From assembly GCF_964204645.1 (NCBI RefSeq), contig NC_134032.1, positions 1,178,001-1,242,000 of the forward strand: a stretch of DNA of 64,000 nt, written 5' to 3'. The stretch comes from Tubulanus polymorphus (Eukaryota; Animalia; Nemertea). Below the pieces are notes generated by a model that saw only the letters and a program-made list of their open reading frames with translations, did not search any database and was not told the origin of the DNA. Positions 40,782-52,280 of this stretch are shown here, in pieces; the first letter of the stretch is position 1; each line of letters begins with the position of its first letter. Made by a program: the position numbers and the translations under genes.

Positions 40782-41397
40782 CAGAAAGCTAGACATATTA
40801 TCATTATTATCAGTACTGACCATATGACCAGCACACAGGACTTTGATTGATCAGGTCATGTGTCCTGAGCGGAACAGTACCGCCTATAAATTATTATTAA
40901 CATATATTCTATATCAAATCATTACTATGTGGTACTATTACTAAATCGGATCGGTATTTTCGCGGGGTAAACATTGAGGTAGATACTTTTCGCGAGTTAA
41001 ATTGAGGAGGGCCCAGTCCGTACGAAAAAAAAAAACTCGCAGATACAAATACAAACTGTTATATTTCTGACCACGACTGCCAATGCGTTTGGGACGCATT
41101 GGCAGTCGAGTTTGATTAACAATCAATGTATAATCAAACTCGAATACGATTGGTTGCTTTTAGTGCTAGATTCCAAACTTACTGTATGGAAGCCCTGATA
41201 TGGAATACCTCAAGGGCCATACGTATGGAAGCCCTGAAACGACATTACGAATTACGTTTTACGAATTACGAATTATGTTTTACGAATTACGTCTTACGAG
41301 TTACGTTTTACGACTTACGTTTTGGGCAACGATTTACCACCGCATTTCGGTTCAATTTATGACCAGAGGTCAAGGTTGTAGTGCACTCTCCGTGAAT

Positions 41398-41991
41398 AAC
41401 AATTAAAAATTGCCACTTGGGTAGCTTACAGGCAGGAGGCAGCGCTGTAATGTGATCGGTTGAAATTTTTTGCCGAATGCTTCCTTAACTAATAACGATG
41501 ATGGATGACTTTGCAGCCCAAACGCTGTGCTTTCAAATGTAGATATAATTATTAATAGCTAAGACTTGTTCCGATCATTTGTTACAATCGCACAATTGTA
41601 TCTACACCGATATGGAGTCCAATTAAACTTTTTTTATCTCCGTGAACCCCGAATAATTTCCAGTTTTGCATCATCGTGTGCCCTTGCCAAACAGGACAGT
41701 GTCGGTGCTTGTAATTTATTAATTAGTGAATCCGGGACTTTGTATGCGGGCTGAATCTCTATACTTTAAATCATTTGAAATTATCATCAAGTCACTTTTT
41801 GACTTCCTAATTCCTCATTATTACTCTGGTACTAAAAGAATGCATACGTAACTCCGTCAATTTTACTATTGATATAGTGTTATTTCGAAATGCAAAATAA
41901 ATTCAGTCAGATTCATTCTATCATTCGTCATGATTCGACTTCATTGCAAAGCCTGTGTTTTTCTGAAAACTCATGGAGCAATAGCCAAAAG
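41398..41991 (-). repeat. Right arm of the inverted repeat flanking the GRL101-like gene
   Basis: Highly similar reverse complement of 32430-32951, with an extra ~65 bp at ~41684-41748. Confidence 0.9.
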
Positions 41992-42069
41992 CATTGAAGC
42001 CCTGAAACGACATTACGAATTACGTTTTACCAAATACGTTTTACGTTTTACGAATTACAAATTACTAGT

Positions 42070-43013
42070 TACTTGTGTTCCGTTGTACCCAGTGACATTT
42101 AAACAACTTGTGTTCTTTGGTACCCAGTGATAATTAAACAACTTGTGTTCCGTGGTACCCAGTGATAATTAAACAACTTGTGTTCCGTGGTACCCAGTGA
42201 CATTTAAACAACTTTTGTTCTGTGGAACCCAGTGATAATTAAATAAAATGTTTTCTGTGGTACCAAGTGATTAAATGTAAAATAACATGTGTTCTGTGGT
42301 ACCCAGTGACAATCAAACAACTCGTGTTCCGTGGTACCCAGTGACAATTAAACAACTTGTGTTCTGTGGTACCCAGTGACAATTAAACAACTTGTGTTCC
42401 GTGGTACCCAGTGATAATTAAACAACTTGTATTCTGTGGTACCCAGTGACAATTAAACAACTTGTGTTCCGTGGTACCCAGTGATAATTAAACAACTTTT
42501 GTTCTGTGGAACCCAGTGATAATTAAATAAAATGTTTTCTGTGGTACCAAGTGATTAAATGTAAAATAACATGTGTTCTGTGGTACCCAGTGACAATCAA
42601 ACAACTTGTGTTCCGTGGTACCCAGTGACAATCAAACAACTCGTGTTCCGTGGTACCCAGTGACAATTAAACAACTTGTGTTCCGTGGTACCCAGTGATA
42701 ATTAAACAACTTGTGTTCTGTGGTACCCAGTGATAATTAAACAACTTGTGTTCCGTGGTACCCAGTGATAATTAAACAACTTGTGTTCCGTGGTACCCAG
42801 TGATAATTAAACAACTTGTATTCTGTGGTACCCAGTGACAATTAAACAACTTGTGTTCCGTGGTACCCAGTGACAATCAAACAACTCGTGTTCCGTGGTA
42901 CCCAGTGATAATTAAACAACTTGTGTTCTGTGGTACCCAGTGACAATCAAACAACTCATGTTCCGTGGTACCCAGTGACAATCAGACAACTTGTGTTCTG
43001 TGGTACCCAGTGA
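42070..43013 (+). repeat. 35-bp minisatellite TTGTGTTCCGTGGTACCCAGTGATAATTAAACAAC
   Basis: About 27 units, with a repeated multi-unit variant block. Confidence 0.95.
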
Positions 43014-43017
43014 TCGG

Positions 43018-43340
43018 AGGCGTTTTTACGAGCATTCGATTTTTGCGATCGATCGTAGGAACGCATTTACGAGCACCGATTTTTGCGATCGATTTCACGA
43101 TCGGTGTTTTTACGAACACTATTTTCCGATCGATTTTTGAAATCGACCAACTCGTTCGGCGAGCGATTTGGCGATTCGATTTCCAAGATGGCGGCACCGG
43201 GTAGTTCAAAACCATACATATTTATGTCATGTGATTAGCCAAATCCATCGTCATTTTTACGAACGTTCGATTCGATCGTACGATCGGAGCAAATCGTTCA
43301 CGAAATCGATCGCAAAAATCGGATGCTCGTAAAAACGCCT
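43018..43340. mobile_element. MITE with AGGCGTTTTTACGAGCAT TIRs, rich in CGATCG
   Basis: AGGCGTTTTTACGAGCATTCGATTTTTGCGATCGA ... TCGATCGCAAAAATCGGATGCTCGTAAAAACGCCT. Confidence 0.78.
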
Positions 43341-44033
43341 TAAATGTAAAATAACGTGGTCTACTGCGGCATGCGAGTAATAAGTCAGTTGACGTTGGGC
43401 GTATTCTTTTATCAGATCGGATAATCCGTTTGCCTCCAATCGTGCTCTTGGTCACGTGACTTTTTGGAGCCACCCGGAGATTTCGGACGGATACTTTGGA
43501 GGTCATAAAAGAGTACGCCCCTTGTTTGGTAAAAAAGAGACAACATTCTGAAGGTCGTCGCGCGAGTCGTGCTAAAAAAACAAAATTATTAAGCATATTT
43601 ATTACTATACTCGTCGTGATACGGTTTCGGTACCGATAATTACATTTCGTGGATGCTCTAAGACATTACCAAAATTTCCGATAGTCTCAAGATAAAAACT
43701 GCAGCTAGGGTGGTAATTTATTGCAGCAGGGTTTAAACTATTAGTATTAGACCGAGTACTGCCTCTACTAACAACTGTCTATTAGTCAATTAGACAGCAG
43801 GTCTTCTATCGAGCCGTAAGGGAGCAGAAACTAGAGGTGAGCTCGAGTTCAAATCAATCAATTTCTGCGTGGCTGAGTGTAGCTAAATCCCTGCCGACGG
43901 AGGATGGTTGTCACGAGCAGACACATTTCACATGCAAAAACACGGCCCACTGCCTGTGAACAAATTACTCAAGTCTTAATTGTCTTATATTTTATCTTAT
44001 TTTAGGTTGTTTTTATCACTGTGAAATAACAAC

Positions 44034-47000
44034 ATGATTAAAACTTATCAGGTTCAAATAGCTTTCATCCTTTTATCCCTTTGTACTGTATTTGTGAATA
44101 AGGTAAGATCCCTCCAGGATTCTAACCCTGTAATTTGAGACTACATCTATTAATTCAAACCCTTTGATTATTTTCAGTATGTTTTGACGATTCTCAAATT
44201 TACATACCCGACGATCTTCCAGGGGTAAGAGACGACAAGCGTTAGGCCTTGACCTCGTTATATCAGCACTGACTCGTACCACACTTCTTTATCGAAACAT
44301 TAGATTTATAATTTCTTAATTGTGCTACTTCGTCCAGAACTGTGGAATCAATTTGAACTATTCTCCATTTAACCCTTTCAGTGTTGACTAGTTAATACCC
44401 TATAGTGCTAGAGATAATTTGAAAATGTTTAAAAATTCCACCCTAGTGTGTTGAATAATGGGAATACCACTATAGTGCGTCTACACCGCGGTGCAGTGTA
44501 TCGTTAGTTACTAGTATTTTACTATGTTTGACAGGTGCTGCCATTTCTCAAGAGAGATAATTACTAATTACATCAATACGCTGCATTGCAGTGTACTAGC
44601 AAAGTCTTTAGGATTGTAAATTTCTAGGATAGGATTGTAAATTAGGATTGTAAAAAACTGATTTATACACCGCACTGCGGTGTAGGCGCACTGAAAGGGT
44701 TAAGTCCCCGCAGAAGGCGATTAGTGACTATATCCACTACATCGACCTGGTCTAATGGAGGTCCAGTTCCACAGTTGTGAGTTAGTTCATTTTCAATGAG
44801 TTAACTCATAGTCAAATCTTACGTAACTCAGAACTGTGGAACTGAGCCCCAGTATTCTAGACTCTAAATCTCCTGGGCCCGGTTTCATAGACCGAGTATC
44901 TAAGCTATCCCTAGGGATAAATCCTCAATCTGGGTAACAACCACCGTAGTAACAATGAGAAACCATGGTTATGACTGACGAATTTCGAAATGTTCCCAGG
45001 AACTATTTTTCTTCCACGTCTATGAAACCCAGCCCTGTTGACCAGACTAGAATTTACCAAATACTGTGTCCATTGAACCGAGCGAAAAAACTGAACATTT
45101 GAAATATATTAGACCAGATTAATTAACCGAATATTTGATAGAAACTAAATCTGGGTCGAGAACTGTAGTATTTTTAAGGTTGTTTCATTTACAGATGGCA
45201 GACTCTAGTCGGCGCCATTGTGTTGAGATTGCTGTGTTCGCACAAGAAAATCAAACTCAATTTTACGACAGTTCACAGGTAACGACAGTTTAGTATTTGC
45301 GCTCATCTCAACTCTCTACGATTCAGCATTTTGAAAACCTGTATTAATTATTGAATATATTTTCAGGAATGATTTGTTTCGATCATTTCCGTGTTTGATT
45401 TTGTTTGTAATAAGTATTTACTCCGGCTCAAAGGCCCTCTCCAAACTGGTAAGTCGCGTTTATGGCCATCGCAAAACAATGATCTGAGTAATGAGTAATG
45501 GATGATTTAATTTTCTGTTTTCAGCCGATTCCGATTTTCCTCGTTTTGCACAGTTTGACAAGTTTGATTACGATGATCGGTGAAGTCGCCATTCATCGGC
45601 GGGTAAGAGTAAAATACGGCTACAGCTGCAAGTCCGCAGCGTTCTCGTGCGATACACAATGGACAACGGGCCGGTTGCTCAAAAGTAGGTTAGAGCTAAC
45701 CAGTGGATAGTTGACGTGGTGACTATTAAAAGTTCATTGTTACTATAGTATTTATCAGGGGCTGCAGTTGCTCAAAAGTAGGTTAGAGTTAACCAGTGGA
45801 TAGTTGACGTGGTGACAATTAAAAGTTCATTGTTACTATAGTATTTATCAGGGGCTGTAGTTGCTCAAAAGTAGGTTAGAGTTAACCAGTGGATAGTTGA
45901 CATGGTGACAATTAAAAGTTCATTGTTACTATGGTATTTATTGTACAACGTTTGAGCAACATGACCCAACATTTTTATGGAATATCCTAAAAATAACACA
46001 CAATGAAGCTTGTGACGGATTGGACGAGTCATTCAATTGAATTTTGGGAGCCCAAGGTTGATGTATAGATTCAGTCTGAAGATTCAGGCCGATTAGCGAA
46101 TCAAATGATCGCACGATTCAGTATGTAATATTTCACCGAGTATATTCACTGATCGCTCATAACATCAAGCACGTTTGATTTGATTTTCAGACCGATCAAA
46201 ACCTGCCTAAATATTCCTGACAAAATGATGGAAAACTCAAAGAAATAGTCTGCGGTTAAAGATCAGCATCCGGCCTCCTCCTCTGTGGTTAACGCGTTGT
46301 TTCTCTGTATCTGCAGGTTGTATTTGGTATTAAGTATATATTAGTGATGTTATCTATGGCGTCTGCTGTAATGGCCGCCAGACAGGATATATTCCTGAAT
46401 CCGGTCGCGTACAAGTGGATGATCGTTCATATTTTATCGTCAGGTGAATTCATACTGATTTTTTACTCGATCACGAATCACTGGGTTTAACCCTTTCAGT
46501 GCGTCTACACCACAGTGCGGTGTATAAATCAGCGATGGATTTTGCTAGTACACCGCACCGCGGTGTATTGATGTAATCAGTAATTAGCTTTTATCTGTAT
46601 TGAAAGATGGCAGCACCTGTCAAACATAGTGAAATACTAGTAACTAACGATACACCGCACCGCGGTGTAGATGCGGTATTCCCGTTATTCAACACACTGG
46701 GGTGGAATTTTTAAATTATCTCCAGCACTATAGGGTATTAATTAGCCAGCACTGAAAGGGTTAAACTAAAGATTTTTGGTTTAATTATTATCCGTTACAT
46801 TATGTTTTCAGTGAAAACAACTATTTCAGCTTTAACTGTTTCATGAAACTGGTCCTAGGTCTCACAAGTTAAGAGCAGCGCAGGATCCAGACTATCGCGC
46901 ATGCAGCACGTGCGGTAGTCGCAGTTTTCAAATGCCAATGAAAAATTGTTGTTTCGGGAAAAAAGTAAATAAAAAGGCACACAATTTGTGAGCCATAAAA

Positions 47001-48580
47001 AATAATTCCCTTTCTGCCTTTCTGTACTAGGACTAAAGCAAAATGTGAATGAAAATAAATTGCCCAAAATCATAAAAGGCAACTGACGGCATTTTTTTTT
47101 TTACTCAAAGGGGCACTATTCTAAAAGAGACATTATTTTTGCTCTATAAATCTAATCGAAAAAGGGCAAATTTCGCCAAAAATCTAAAAAGGCACAAGCA
47201 AATTGAATGTTAAGGCAAATTTAGTGGCATGATACCAATAAATGGCACTCAAACTCAAACTCGCTCGCCGGGCATTAATACTGGCCCTTTTCAAAGTTGG
47301 TGCCCTTATTCACTGTGCTGTAGTCACTGGATGGCCCTGCAGTGTTAATACTGAACGCTCTCTCTTCTCATCCAATTATTTCAGGTGTTATGAACGTTTG
47401 GTCGTCGGTCTCTGAATCGAAAGTTTCGGCGATTGAGAATTTATTTATGAAATACGTTTTCAGGTGAGTAGTGTATCGGTATGTGTACCCCCCTGGGCCC
47501 AGTTTTTACGAAAAGGATTTAGACCCAAATCGATTTAAGATAAACTGAATTAATGAAGAAATTAAATCGATTTAAGAGTTTAACCTGTTTGTGAAACTGG
47601 TCCCTGGGCCTAGTTTCACAAAAAGGTTTAACTCTTAAATCGATTTAATTTCTTCATTAATTCAGTTTATCTTGAATCGATTTAGGCTTTAATCCTGTTT
47701 GTGAAACTGGTCCCTGGTCCGCGATGTTACACTATTATTAAACGGTTTCTGTTTTTGTTTTACAGTGTTGTGATACTTGCTCCTTCCAGTGTGTTTCTAG
47801 GTAAGTATTCTGCCACCCCCGCTGGTCTCTAGTTGCGCCCCCTGGTGGCTTAACATAGCACACCCGGGTGATTCCACGTAGCCTCCACTGTGTACACAGC
47901 AGATCCAGGATTTCGGGAGGAAAAATTGGTACATTTCACTGTTTATCGCGTGATTGATAATCAAAATTAAATCCATTTCAAAAGCGCATCGCTCCTCAAC
48001 TCTACAGAGAAACATTAAAGCTGCTTTAGCGAATGTACCCTAATGTCTATTTCAACTTGACTTGAGAGCATTCCTGGTGGCCTAATTCAGTCAGTTTTCA
48101 TGGTACAAAAGTCTTATTAGGACCAGAAAGGACTGGCAGTCGACCTAAAACATCATTTTTTAATCCATTTGAAACTGTATTGAAGGATATCCAAATATCC
48201 TTCATTGAAAGGGGTTCATGAGAGAAAATTGACTCCATGATTTGAAAGTTTAACAATATGTTTCCATGCCTACGTACCGAACTTCAGTCGGTAGGCATGG
48301 AAACATATTGTTAAACTTTCAAATCATGGAGTCAAATTTCTTTTTTCAACCCCTTTCAATGAAAGCGTTTTGGAATCCCTCGATACAGTTTGAATTGGAT
48401 TAAAAAACAATTATTCAGGTCGACTGCCAATGCTTTCTGGTCCTAATAAGACTTTTATCAGGTACCGGTATATACAGTCAAAAATGAGCGAGCCACCTGA
48501 TATACTCTCAAGACATTAGATGAACCACACACAACATACACTGGCAACATGAACCCTGAATCAACCCGTAACATGATAAT

Positions 48581-48632
<52 letters not shown>

Positions 48633-51368
48633 CTTTATTTCAGGGAAAATTTTACAATTAGTTATATTTGCTAAGGTCAAAAATTGACATAATAATAGCA
48701 AAGTTATAAATATTTAATATTGAAAAGACCGCTATGTAGAAAAAATACTATTACAATTATTAAGAACAAAACAATAAGAATAATAATAATAATAATGATA
48801 ATAAAAATAATGATAATAATAGCCCGTAGCATGATTGTTCTCTCTCTCTTGTCTCTTAGGTGATGCGCTTGCTGCTCGTAATTTCGAGTATTTATATTTC
48901 TACAAATTCTACGTCGGATGCGTTTTCAGGTAAAGACATTTCATACTTCGCTGCGATGACATCGTAGGGGGATTTCAATTCAGTTACGACATCATAAAGA
49001 CGATCGTGATATTTTTCAGCGGCGTTTATGGCGTGTTTCTAAATTTGTGTACGATTCGACTGAAAGCTCGCGAAAATACGAACTTCATTTCTAATGAGGA
49101 ATTCATGGAATCGATCGCGAAGGTTCGTATTAAGGCTGAAATAATCGATACCTTGTTTTCTTCGCTCTGCTGAGCTTAAATGTTGACCCGGCCGGCCGCC
49201 TATCTACCCTATACATTACTTTTTTTTAAATCGTGATCAATTTCACCATAACAGACCCGGCCGCTATAGAAATGAACTGTTTACAAATTTTATCATATTT
49301 TACAAAAATGACCCGGCCGCTGCGGAGAAACTAGGTATCATTTTTGTTTAGCCTAAACTTCCTTGAATACCGATTCAGGACATACACCATCAGCCTGAAT
49401 CCAGTCGATTCAACGTTTTAATATTATCAGCTTCAATTAGTTCATTTTGAAAAAGAGCCTAGAATGGAATTCTCAGCGCAAAAACTATCGAATTGTCGAT
49501 GTTACAATTATTTTAATTTCTTTCAGATTTTTACCGCATTTCTATCAATATTTGTATTTGGAAACACATTTCCAGCAACCGGAATTTTCTGGTGAGTTTA
49601 TGATAATAATAATTATTTATATATTCAGCCTAAAATCCATCAGTTGCCTATGATCTGAGTTGATCTTGATCACTGATCTGTGTTGATCTTGATCACTGAT
49701 CTGAGTTGCATACCATGGTTCCCACAGAACAGGGAAATTGGAAAAAACTTGGGAAATTTTGAAATGATAATTCCCAACTGGGAATTATTTCAAAATTCTC
49801 AAGTTTATACACCCAAGAAATATTTGGGAATTTGAAAAAATTTTCCTCAAATCAAGGAAATATTTGGGAAATTCATTTTCGGGAACTTTCTTCAGCTATT
49901 TCCTTTGAAAATCAACATCAACCAGTCACCACTGAAATGTTGATTGTAGCACGATGATATGTGTTCATTTGCATTTGGGAAAATTGGAAAATCACCCATG
50001 AAATACTTGGGAATTTTGAATTCATATAACTGTGGGAGCCATGTGCATACAATCTGTTAAACCGGGTCTAAGTTGATCTTAGTCAGTAACCTGACTGTGG
50101 TTTAGTTTCACGATGGGATATTTTCACAAACCACTGAGTTGGTGTTGAAAGAAACCACTGAGTTGGTATAAGCCCATCCGATTATAAAAAGCTTACCACC
50201 AACGATTAGGTTACTAACTAAGTTGATCTGGACCACTGATCTGTTGATCCGGGTCTAAGTTGATCTGGACCACTGATCTGTTGATCCGGGTCTAAGTTGA
50301 TCTGGACCACTGATCTGTTGATCCGCGTCTAAGTTGATCTGGACCACTGATCTGTTGATCCGGGTCTAAGTTGATCTGGACCACTGATCTGTTGATCCGG
50401 GTCTAAGTTGATCTGGACCACTGATCTGTTGATCCGGGTCTAAGTTGATCTGGACCACTGATCTGTTGATCCGCGTCTAAGTTGATCTGGACCACTGATC
50501 TGTTGATCCGGGTCTAAGTTGATCTGGACCACTGATCTGTTGATCCGGGTCTAAGTTGATCTGGACCACTGATCTGTTGATCCGGGTCTAAGTTGATCTG
50601 GACCACTGATCTGTTGATCCGGGTCTAAGTTGATCTGGACCACTGATCTGTTGATCCGCGTCTAAGTTGATCTGGACCACTGATCTGTTGATCCGGGTCT
50701 AAGTTGATCTGGACCACTGATCTGTTGATCCGGGTCTAAGTTGATCTGGACCACTGATCTGTTGATCCGGGTCTAAGTTGATCTGGACCACTGATCTGTT
50801 GATCCGGGTCTAAGTTGATCTGGACCACTGATCTGTTGATCCGGGTCTAAGTTGATCTGGACCACTGATCTGTTGATCCGCGTCTAAGTTGATCTGGACC
50901 ACTGATCTGTTGATCCGGGTCTAAGTTGATCTGGACCACTGATCTGTTGATCCGGGTCTAAGTTGATCTGGACCACTGATCTGTTGATCCGGGTCTAAGT
51001 TGATCTGGACCACTGATCTGTTGATCCGCGTCTAAGTTGATCTGGACCACTGATCTGTTGATCCGGGTCTAAGTTGATCTGGACCACTGATCTGTTGATC
51101 CGCGTCTAACCCGTTCCCTCTTGGGTCTGACTTACGTTTAATCGCTGAAATACATTATTTCAGGATGGTTGTTAATTTCGGCGCTGTTACGTTCCTGTCG
51201 TATATCTCGTGGTCGCAACACCGTACAATCATCACTACGGCAACGATGAGTCCTCCGCATCTACTGCACTCGTCGCCCCGGCAACAGTCTCCACCTCCTC
51301 CCTCTCCCCCGCAGCAGCAGCAGGTTACTATCGACAACCATTCCAATACTCTTAACGCTTCCTCTTGA
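44034..51368 (+). CDS. TMEM241: TMEM241 / SLC35D4 nucleotide-sugar transporter family protein, 12 coding exons
   Basis: GT-AG exons 44034-44102, 44178-44224, 45195-45278, 45367-45448, 45525-45602, 46317-46443, 47385-47463, 47766-47800, 48860-48929, 49020-49122, 49527-49591 and 51164-51368 keep frame. They give NKYVLTILKFTYPTIFQGWQTLVG, LFVISIYSGSKALSKLPIPIFLVLH, GDALAARNFEYLYFYKFYVGCVFSG and [13 protein letters not shown], colinear with remembered TMEM241 motifs (NKYVLSVLKFTYPTLFQGWQTLIG; IYAGSRALSRLAIPVFLTLH). Confidence 0.92.
44373..44699. mobile_element. piggyBac-like MITE family C
   Basis: ttaa|CCCTTTCAGTG...CACTGAAAGGG|ttaa; copies at 46491-46760 and 54609-54896. Confidence 0.82.
44875..45034. 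mobile_element. Harbinger-like MITE (GGCCCGGTTTCATAGAC TIR, CTG TSD)
   Basis: ctg|GGCCCGGTTTCATAGAC...GTCTATGAAACCCAGCC|ctg. Confidence 0.65.
45672..45960 (-). repeat. Same ~87-90-bp tandem repeat family, copy 3 (TMEM241 intron)
   Basis: About 3 reverse-complement units GTTGCTCAAAAGTAGGTTAGAGTTAACCAGTGGATAGTTGAC. Confidence 0.88.
46491..46760. mobile_element. piggyBac-like MITE family C, copy 2 (opposite orientation)
   Basis: TTAA flanks and the same TIRs. Confidence 0.82.
47494..47717. mobile_element. Two ~110-bp Harbinger-like MITEs, adjacent and in opposite orientation
   Basis: GGGCCCAGTTTTTACG..GTGAAACTGGTCC|ctg|GGCCTAGTTTCAC..GTGAAACTGGTCC|ctg. Confidence 0.7.
48060..48515. repeat. 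~450-bp imperfect palindrome (foldback) in a TMEM241 intron
   Basis: Perfect arm TTGACTCCATGATTTGAAAGTTTAACAATATGTTTCCATGCCTAC and its reverse complement flank ~48282; symmetry continues to AAAAGTCTTATTAGGACCAGAAAG / CTTTCTGGTCCTAATAAGACTTTT. Confidence 0.88.
49714..50043. mobile_element. P-element-like MITE
   Basis: TIRs CATGGTTCCCACAG...CTGTGGGAGCCATG with 7-bp TSD TGCATAC; a related left end lies at ~55188. Confidence 0.75.
50080..50220. mobile_element. Short TIR element (TAGTCAGTAACCT...AGGT(T/A)ACTAACTA)
   Basis: Copies at ~55561-55681 and ~28032-28160 (partial). Confidence 0.6.
50218..51109 (+). repeat. 37-bp highly homogeneous minisatellite CTAAGTTGATCTGGACCACTGATCTGTTGATCCG(G/C)GT
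   Basis: About 24 units differing at a single G/C site. Confidence 0.97.
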
Positions 51369-51529
51369 ATTCAAATCTCTTTTTATCGATTTAAGTTAAT
51401 TTATTTTATTTTGTAAAAACTGATGATAAATAATGCATTTATTCGATGTCCGTCTGTGAAAATATCGAGTTGAATTTATTGAAAATCAGGGAACTCTTTT
51501 ATTCTTCTTGAAGTTAGGGAATCAAATTT

Positions 51530-51820
51530 TTGGCGTCTCGTTGTTCTTGCTGGTGATGAGTGGCACATGGAACCTCTTGATAAGAAACAGCCCTCACTGA
51601 GGATATCTTAGAATTTAATCAGGGAATTTACCATTTTTGGTGTCTTGTTGTTCTTGCTGGTGACGAGTGACACAAGGAACCTCTTGATATGATAAGAAAC
51701 AGCCCTCACTGAGGATATCTGATAATATAATCAGCAAATTTGAATTTTCGACATCTTGTTGCTGGTAATGAGTGGCACTAAGAACCTCTTGATGATACCG
51801 CCCTCACTGAGGATATCTTA
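51530..51820 (+). repeat. Three diverged ~105-bp tandem units downstream of the TMEM241 stop codon
   Basis: GCTGGT(G/A)A(T/C)GAGTG..GAACCTCTTGAT..GCCCTCACTGAGGATATCT occurs three times. Confidence 0.75.
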
Positions 51821-52280
51821 TGGTTTATTCAAAAAGAATTTGATATGGTCAAGGGTCTGGGAAAAATCAAGAGTATTTCAGATTCCCAGATTTGTAAGAA
51901 CCTTGGTTATTTAACGGCCAGCCAGCCAGCGTTATTTACAATTCATCTGATATGCCTTGTATCAGGGGGGTGCACCCCTCCCTGAATCAGACCCTAGATC
52001 GGCCCCCGAGTACACTAGCGATCCTGGTGGATTTTCGCTCGCTACTGTAGCCTCCCCTCATTTGACTGTGACTGACCGCGATTCCAGTATTGCATCAATG
52101 AATCCTCTAAGGCAAATGTTAAGTTTTTATGTCGGTTATTTTAGAATTTTATTTCATTTTCTGTAAAATACAAGTTAAAGAGTTTCTAATTCAGGAGTTT
52201 CTATTTGACTAGATATTGTATTTACTATATACATGTATTACGATTCCTGTATTCCTGCAGCTCCATTTGTTCAATCCGTG

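Noticed and set aside
42070-43013. CRISPR-like arrays (35-bp here; also the 37-, 44- and 88-bp repeats)
   Set aside because: Head-to-tail units without unique spacers, no cas genes, and a eukaryotic context.
45195-45278. ATG-initiated ORF MADSSRR.. as the gene start
   Set aside because: Wrong frame; the exon is phase 2 and encodes G-WQTLVG of TMEM241.
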